A stretch of DNA of 64,000 nucleotides from Candidatus Latescibacterota bacterium (GTDB taxonomy: Bacteria > Latescibacterota > UBA2968 > UBA8231), in NCBI GenBank assembly GCA_965223905.1, contig CBDCXV010000001.1, forward strand, positions 736,001 through 800,000. The letters run 5' to 3'. The first letter of the stretch is position 1. Every line of letters starts with the position of its first letter. A program made the translations under genes and the position numbers. This document shows positions 58,101 to 64,000 of the stretch, piece after piece. The notes under the pieces are model-generated. The model was not told the origin of the DNA, searched no databases, and saw nothing but the letters and a program-made list of their open reading frames with translations.

Positions 58101-60560
58101 TCAAATCGCGAAGTTGAAGCCCAGGGTGGGGACGATCGGCAACTGCCTTATCACCTCCGCCCTGGTCTCGGGATTGAGCGCATCGAACTGCACGAACCAC
58201 TCGTTGCGCCGGCTGTAGAGATTGTAGATCTGCAAGTAGAGCTCGGCATCGAGACCCCACAGCCGAAACTCGCGGTTGGCGCTGGCGTCGAGGCGGTGGT
58301 AGGGCAGCAGGCGGGCGCTGTTGCGCCGGGCCGGCAGCACGTAGTCCTGCACCTCCCCGGTGGCCGGCTGGCGCAGGGTATAGCGGGCCGCGGCCGGGGT
58401 GAAGGCCTGCCCGGTGGCGTACACGAGGTTCGAGCCAAGGCGCCATTTTCCCGTCCGGTACGAGACCACGAAAGAGAGGTCGTGGCGGCGGTCGTACTTG
58501 GGGGGGAAGGGGAGGCCGCCGTTCAGCTCCGGGAAGGTCCGCCGCGTCCAGCCGAGGGTATAGCCCACCCAGCCGGTGAGAGCCCCGGTTCGCCGCTGCA
58601 GGAAGAGCTCGACCCCCCCGGCCCAGCCGCTGCCGCCGCTTTTGAACACGTCGTCGGACCGCGTCTCCTCGCTGCCGGCGGCCACGGCGTTGTCCAGGAC
58701 CACGAGATTGGCCAAGTCCGTGTAGTAACCCTCCAGGGAAAGTTGGTATCGGCGCGACGGGTTCCACTCGGTGCCGAGCACACCCTGCCAGGAGCGGCCC
58801 GGCTCGACGCTGCTGTCGAGCGGCACCCAGAAATCCCCGCCGCTGAAGGTCTCGGTGGTGACCAGCTGCAGGTACTGGCGGTACATCCCTCCGGCCGCCT
58901 TGACCCGGAGGTTCTCGGTCAGGGCGCGGCTCAGGGAAAGCCGCGGCGTGAAGTGCAGGCGGTTGCCGAGGCTGAACCAGGTGGCACGCCCCCCGAGCCG
59001 CAGCCTCGTCAAGGGGCCGGCCTGCCACTCGTCCTGGGCGTAGACGGAGACCATCACCGGTGCCTGGCGCAGGTCCGACTGCTCCTGCCGGTCGTCGGAT
59101 TGCTCCTGCCGGTCGTCGGACTGCACCTGGTTGTCGGATTGCTCCTGCCGGTCGTCGGACTGCACCTGGTTGTCGGATTGCTCCGGCTGGTTGTCAGACT
59201 GCTCCTGCTCGTTTTCGGACAGCTCCTGCTCGTTGAAGGACCGGGAATAGCGGAACTCGAACAGGGTGGCCAGGAAACCGAGGGTCAGGGTGTGGTCGCT
59301 GTTGGCGAAGTAGTCGACGTCCCCCTTGAGCGAAAGGTCGCGGATGCTGTTGGAGAAAAGGATCGGGGTGTCGAAGAAGCTGGCCAGGATGACGCTTTCG
59401 TAGGACGATCCCGCGGCCATGAAGTGCCCGAACAGGGCCGGCGAGAAGACCCGCGTCCAGCGCGCCGTCAGGGCGCGGTTGCCCCAGCGCAGGTCGAAGA
59501 AGGTCTCCTGCTCCTCTTCCCCAAAATCCACCCGCAGGTCGTCCTGCCCCCAGTAGGTGCTCGCCGTGAAGGTGTCGTCCCCGCGGCGCTGGTTCACCTT
59601 GCCGTTGAAATCGTAGAAGTAATAGTTCAGCGGGATGTCGAAATCGCCCGCGCGCAGGGCGCTGAAGATGCCGTCGAGGTAGGTGCGGCGGCCGGCCAGC
59701 ATCCACGACCCCTGTCCGACCGGCCCCTCGGTTAGCAGGCGGCTCGAGATCAGGCTGACGCCGCCGTGCGTGCTGGCGCGCTCGCGGTTGCCCTCGCGGT
59801 TGCTGACGTCGAGAACCGACCCCAAGGCACGGCCGTACGCGGCCGGGTACGCCCCCTTGTACAGCTGGACGTCCCTGATGGCGTCCGGATTGAAGGTCGA
59901 GAAGAACCCGAAGAGGTGGGAGGGGTTGTACAAGGGAATGTGGTCGAGCAGGATGGCGGTCTGGTCCGGGCCGCCGCCGCGTATGTACAGGCCGCTGCTG
60001 ACGTCGGAGACGGACTGGATCCCCGGCAGCAGCTGCAGGCTGCGCAGAAGGTCGGCCTCGCCGATGGCCGGCATCCGCTGCAGGGGCTCGACCGGCAGAC
60101 TGAGAAAGCTGCCCTGGGTGGCCTGCTCCAGCTCCATGCGTTCGGCCTCGACCACGGTTTCCTCTTCGAGGGCCAGCGGCCGGGGGACCAGGGACCAGTC
60201 CCGCCGCAGTTCACCCGTCTTCCCGAAACGCAGGGTGTCGCGGCCCGTATCGTAGCCTATGTAGGACACGGATACCGCGTAGGTGCCGGCCGGAATATCC
60301 TTGACGGCGTAGTAGCCGCTGCTGTTGCTCACCGCCCCGAGCCGGACCTCCTCGATCGCGATGGTAGCAAGGGGCAGGGCCTCGCCGTTCTCGGCGTCGG
60401 TCACGAAGCCCCCGAGGGTGGCCGCCTGCGCTTTTGCCGCGGCCAGCAGCAGCAAGGAAGCCAGCAACCGACCAGGATTTCCGGAGCTTCGGGTTCGTAT
60501 TCCCGAGGCGGCGGTTTCCGGGCGGCTGGCCCGGTGTCGTTTCGAAACCGGTTTTCTCAC
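58101..60560 (-). CDS. TonB-dependent receptor (carboxypeptidase-regulatory-like + plug), Bacteroidota-type
   Basis: GEADLLRSLQLLPGI, GLYIRGGGPDQ, YNPSHLFGFFSTFN, YDRRH, PYHRLD, YNLYSRRN; start uncertain. Confidence 0.92.
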   Translation of the reverse strand: MRKPVSKRHRASRPETAASGIRTRSSGNPGRLLASLLLLAAAKAQAATLGGFVTDAENGEALPLATIAIEEVRLGAVSNSSGYYAVKDIPAGTYAVSVSYIGYDTGRDTLRFGKTGELRRDWSLVPRPLALEEETVVEAERMELEQATQGSFLSLPVEPLQRMPAIGEADLLRSLQLLPGIQSVSDVSSGLYIRGGGPDQTAILLDHIPLYNPSHLFGFFSTFNPDAIRDVQLYKGAYPAAYGRALGSVLDVSNREGNRERASTHGGVSLISSRLLTEGPVGQGSWMLAGRRTYLDGIFSALRAGDFDIPLNYYFYDFNGKVNQRRGDDTFTASTYWGQDDLRVDFGEEEQETFFDLRWGNRALTARWTRVFSPALFGHFMAAGSSYESVILASFFDTPILFSNSIRDLSLKGDVDYFANSDHTLTLGFLATLFEFRYSRSFNEQELSENEQEQSDNQPEQSDNQVQSDDRQEQSDNQVQSDDRQEQSDDRQEQSDLRQAPVMVSVYAQDEWQAGPLTRLRLGGRATWFSLGNRLHFTPRLSLSRALTENLRVKAAGGMYRQYLQLVTTETFSGGDFWVPLDSSVEPGRSWQGVLGTEWNPSRRYQLSLEGYYTDLANLVVLDNAVAAGSEETRSDDVFKSGGSGWAGGVELFLQRRTGALTGWVGYTLGWTRRTFPELNGGLPFPPKYDRRHDLSFVVSYRTGKWRLGSNLVYATGQAFTPAAARYTLRQPATGEVQDYVLPARRNSARLLPYHRLDASANREFRLWGLDAELYLQIYNLYSRRNEWFVQFDALNPETRAEVIRQLPIVPTLGFNFAI
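59073..59234 (-). repeat. In-frame tandem 18/21-bp repeats encoding (SDNQVQ / SDDRQEQ)n inside the TBDR
   Basis: Protein ...ELSENEQEQSDNQPEQSDNQVQSDDRQEQSDNQVQSDDRQEQSDDRQEQSDL... Confidence 0.9.
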
Positions 60561-60701
60561 GGTTCATCAAGATACGATACGCCCCCGCGATGTGACGAAG
60601 GCACCACTTGTTGGAGATGGGCCCCCGAAGGGCCGACCTTGTCTGCGATTTGAAGGATCTGTGCAGAGTTCCCGGATCCCCGATGCTCACCCGGTTCTTC
60701 C

Positions 60702-61692
60702 ATGGTGAAACGCCGTTCCGTATTTCTCCTGACAGTGGCGGCCATTTCGGCTGACGCCGTTGCGGTTGCCGCCCACGTAGGCGACCGTCTGTTTCCGATC
60801 CCGTACCTCTCGGAGGAGACCCTTGCCCGCCTCGACCTGGACGACGGCAGCGTGGAAGACTGGCTGGATGCCGTCGGTGAGCCGACCCTGACGCCCCTCG
60901 ACTTCAACCTGTGGTCGGATACGGAGACGACTTCGTACGACCAGCTCGATCCAGCCAACCTCGATTTCCGCATCTGGGTGGGATGGAGCCGGGACGGCCG
61001 GATCCACGTCGCCGGCGAGTTCGCCGACGACGTGTACGTGAACGAATACGACCCACTCGAATTCCCCAACTTTTTTTTCGACGCCCATGACAGCATGAGT
61101 TTTCTGATCGACGGAGATCACACGGGAGGAAAGTATATCTTTCTCAATCCGCCTGATTTGGACGAGTTGATGACGAACAGTCAAGCCCAAGGATACGACG
61201 CTATTGCCCGTGTTCCCGGAGGCCCGATGATCAGTTTGCATTTGACTACAGATGTGATTTTCGATGAGCAAGGCGAGCCGCCGGACTGGATGGTACGTCC
61301 CCCGTTCGCCGGCGGCGGAGGGGGGGGTGTTCGGCGAGAAACCCACTGTCTGGCTGATCGAGTTTTTCGTCACCAGCTTTGACCGCCTGCATCACCTGAG
61401 CCCCCCCGAGGAGAGTGTCGTATCCCGGTTGGCCGAAGGAAGGATCGTCGGGTTTGATGTCCGGGTCCGTGACTACGACATCGAACCCGACGGCCCAATG
61501 GCCTCGTACATGCTGGGTGAACCCAGTTATGAGGGTATCCGCAGACAAGCCAGCAATTGGGCGGACGGCCTGCTGCTCGGCCCCGGCGGGGGGTCGGGCG
61601 ACTCTGCGGTGCAATCCGACTCCTGGGGCCGCATCAAGGCATCCCTGGAAGTAGATCTTCTCAGCGAAGACTCCCATTCCCACAAGGACTGA
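60702..61692 (+). pseudogene. Secreted DOMON/CBM9-like protein with C-terminal SWGRIKAS motif; +1 frameshift in G8 tract (61320-61327)
   Basis: Signal peptide, DDGSVEDW, FRIWVGWS, DGDHTGG; continues GGVFGEKPTVWLIEFFVT...AVQSDSWGRIKASL in a second frame. Confidence 0.7.
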
Positions 61693-61899
61693 GTCACCCG
61701 ACTGGCGGCTTCCCTGCCGCCCTGTCAATATTTCCACAGGGCACCGGGATCTCGTATAGTCCCCGATGGCGAATGGCATCGCGGGGTTTCCGGAGGCTGC
61801 TTCCTCGATCCCCGGGTTTGGACCAGGCAGAATCCTTGCCTGTGGCTTCGCAGTAAACTCTATCAACGGATACCAGTTCCAGTGACAGGAGACTTTGGG

Positions 61900-62752
61900 A
61901 TGCGAAACCTGTGCCGGACCGCCGCGGTGAATACGGCGCTGGTCGCCTCGGTCACGGCTTCTCCGGCCGCCGCGGCCGGCCCCAGCGCCGCGGACTTCAC
62001 CATGCACGTGCCGCTTCTGCTCGAAGCGCCGGCCATCGACGGCGACCTCTCCGAATGGAAGGAGCTGTCCTACACCGACGGCGTCTGGGACATGCAGCGG
62101 CTGCGCTACACTCCCTGGTTCGACGCCCGCATCAACCGGCTCACCGACCACGGGGACGAGCCTTCCTCCGAGGAGGATCTGCGGGCACGCTACTACATCG
62201 CCTGGGACAGGAAGTTTCTCTATCTCGGGGCTGAGGGCCGGGACAACGTCAACGACGTCGACGACCCGGAGCCGGGCAGGAACCGCTGGTGGTGCATGGA
62301 CGCGGTGGCCTGGTACATGGAAGCGCCGCGCGACGAGGCGCCCGAGTCGTTTCAGCCAGGGGGACAACGGTTTCTGCTTCGTCGTCGATCCGCGCAAGCC
62401 GGACTACGGTGCCTGGTGGATGCATGGCACTGCGGATACGACCTACATCCACGAGCCGCTCCCGAAGGCCGCGGTCGATTACGAGGTGCGGCTCGATCCC
62501 CTGGGGCGCGGCCGCGGCGATTTCGTTCTCGAGGCGCGCGTCGACATGGCGGCCACCTTCGGCGTCAGCGATCCCGACTGGCGACCCCCGGAGATTGGCG
62601 ACCTGTACAGCCTGGAGATCGTCCACACCGATCCGGACGGGGGCCGCTACGGCGGGCATTTCGTGCTCTACGGAAACGGCGACGACGACTCGACCTGGGG
62701 CAAGGTCGTCCTGGTGGGCCCGTCCGACCCGGTTGAGCGAAAACCGGAATAG
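61900..62752 (+). pseudogene. Secreted CBM9/DOMON-like sugar-binding protein; +1 frameshift in G5 (62359-62363)
   Basis: APAIDGDLSEW, YIAWDRKFLYLGAEGRDN, then GDNGFCFV...FVLEARV in a second frame. Confidence 0.7.
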
Positions 62753-62881
62753 CCCGGCCCCGACCCATTTCTGCAGGCGCAGAGCGGGGATGAAACCGGG
62801 CCCGGCAAATGCCGGGCGCGAGAGCGGGCGGCCTCTTTGAGCGCACCCCACAGGAAATCAAAAAGCAGCGATGGAGACGGC

Positions 62882-63757
62882 ATGCAGATCGTTCTGAACT
62901 CGAAGTTCTTCTCCGGTCTTTCGGTTCCCGAGCTGGGCGACAAGGCGCTCGAACTGGGATACGACGGCATCGACGTCTGCGTCCGTCCGGGTCACCCGGT
63001 GCACGCCGTAAACGCCGCGGCCGAGCTTCCCGGGGCGGTGGCCGCCTGGGCCCGGCAGGGGCTCTCCTGCCCGCTGGCGACCGCGGCCACGGACTTCATC
63101 GATCCGGCCGCTCCCGGCGCGGAGAGCCTGTACGCGGCCTGCGCCGAGGCCGGCGTGCCGCGGCTGAAGATCGGCTTCTGGCGCTTTGCCCCGGGGGACG
63201 ACTACTGGCGGGCCGTCGATGCGGCGCGCAGGGATCTGGAGGGGTTCGCCAGGCTCAGCGAGAAGCACGGCGTTCAGACCTGCTACCAGGTCCACAGCGG
63301 GGCCTGCATCGGCTCGAACTGCGCCGGGCTGATGCACCTGATCCGGGGGTTCGACCCGCGCCTCGTCGGCGCCTATCCCGACCTCGGCCATCTCGCCCTC
63401 GACGGCGAGGACTGGGGGATGGGGCTGGCGATGGTCCGCGATCACCTCTCGGTCGTCGGGGTCAAGGACGCCATGTACCGCCGCGAGCCGGAGAGAAGGC
63501 CCCCGTGGAACCACTGCTTCGTCAAGGTGGGGGAGGGGTGCGTCGACTGGGACAGATGCCTCGGCATTCTGTGCGGCTTCGGGTTCGACGGGCCGCTGAC
63601 CGTGCATACGGAGTACCGCTTCGACGAGGCGATCATCCGGCAGGTGGGCTGGGCCGAAAGCTCGCCGCCGAACCTGGAGGAATGGGCAAGGGCGGACGCG
63701 GCGTACCTCAGGCGTGCGCTGGCCGCGCTGCGTCCGGCCGCCGCCGGCAAACAGTAA
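62882..63757 (+). CDS. Sugar phosphate isomerase/epimerase (AP-endonuclease-2 TIM barrel)
   Basis: LGYDGIDVCVRPG, YQVHSG, DLGH, GVKD, GEGCVDW, TVHTEY. Confidence 0.87.
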   Translation: MQIVLNSKFFSGLSVPELGDKALELGYDGIDVCVRPGHPVHAVNAAAELPGAVAAWARQGLSCPLATAATDFIDPAAPGAESLYAACAEAGVPRLKIGFWRFAPGDDYWRAVDAARRDLEGFARLSEKHGVQTCYQVHSGACIGSNCAGLMHLIRGFDPRLVGAYPDLGHLALDGEDWGMGLAMVRDHLSVVGVKDAMYRREPERRPPWNHCFVKVGEGCVDWDRCLGILCGFGFDGPLTVHTEYRFDEAIIRQVGWAESSPPNLEEWARADAAYLRRALAALRPAAAGKQ

Positions 63758-63767
63758 TCGAGGTGAC

Positions 63768-64000
63768 ATGCGACTGAACGAACAGCAGCTGCGGCACTTC
63801 CACACCTTCGGATACCTGATCGTCCGCAAGCTCCTTTCCCCCGCGGAGGTCGAGTGGGTCACCGAGGGGTTCGAGTGGTCGATCCGGAACCGCGGCGGCG
63901 GCAGCGGGCACGACGGCAGCCGCCGCACCATGTTCGGCGGCCCGATCGAGCATACCCGGCAGATGTGCACCCTACTCGACCACCCGGGGGTTCTCGGCCT
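63768..64000 (+). CDS. PhyH-family dioxygenase (3'-truncated by window edge)
   Basis: MRLNEQQLRHFHTFGYLIVRKLLSPAEV...LLDHP; RBS GAGG. Confidence 0.8.
   Translation, partial: MRLNEQQLRHFHTFGYLIVRKLLSPAEVEWVTEGFEWSIRNRGGGSGHDGSRRTMFGGPIEHTRQMCTLLDHPGVLG

Noticed and set aside
59073-59234. CRISPR or DGR repeat
   Set aside because: In-frame coding tandem repeats with no spacers; no reverse transcriptase in the window.

Overview
High-GC bacterial chromosomal segment from a diderm of the FCB supergroup. FlgD/T9SS-like 'YPNPFN' domains, a TBDR-DUF4249 pair, C-terminal 'WGRIK' motifs and many PhyH-type dioxygenases suggest Latescibacterota or a related, possibly sponge-associated lineage (inference). 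Housekeeping genes (bamA-skp-fabZ, pyrB, rpsU, rnd, proA, htpG, ddl, modABC) are mixed with catabolic enzymes, four TonB-dependent receptors (one under a clear TPP riboswitch, followed by thiN) and three small lower-GC toxin-antitoxin/nuclease islets. Most notable observations: (1) two unrelated secreted proteins share the C-terminal motif (T/S)WGRIKAS with synonymous codon differences, a candidate uncharacterised sorting signal; (2) bS21 has an RGG + (GYGSGGGGG)x5 low-complexity tail; (3) a REase/HEPN-like + HTH islet is bracketed by a duplicated 3' end of a TBDR gene; (4) a 227-bp MITE-like element with TIRs and a 4-bp TSD, plus several other long nested intergenic hairpins; (5) a pyrB leader with promoter, leader ORF and intrinsic terminator; (6) bamA-skp-fabZ without lpxD/lpxA. 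Homopolymer frameshifts cluster at 24.4-28.7 kb and 61.3-62.4 kb and may be long-read consensus errors. No rRNA, tRNA, CRISPR array, integrase or transposase was recognised.
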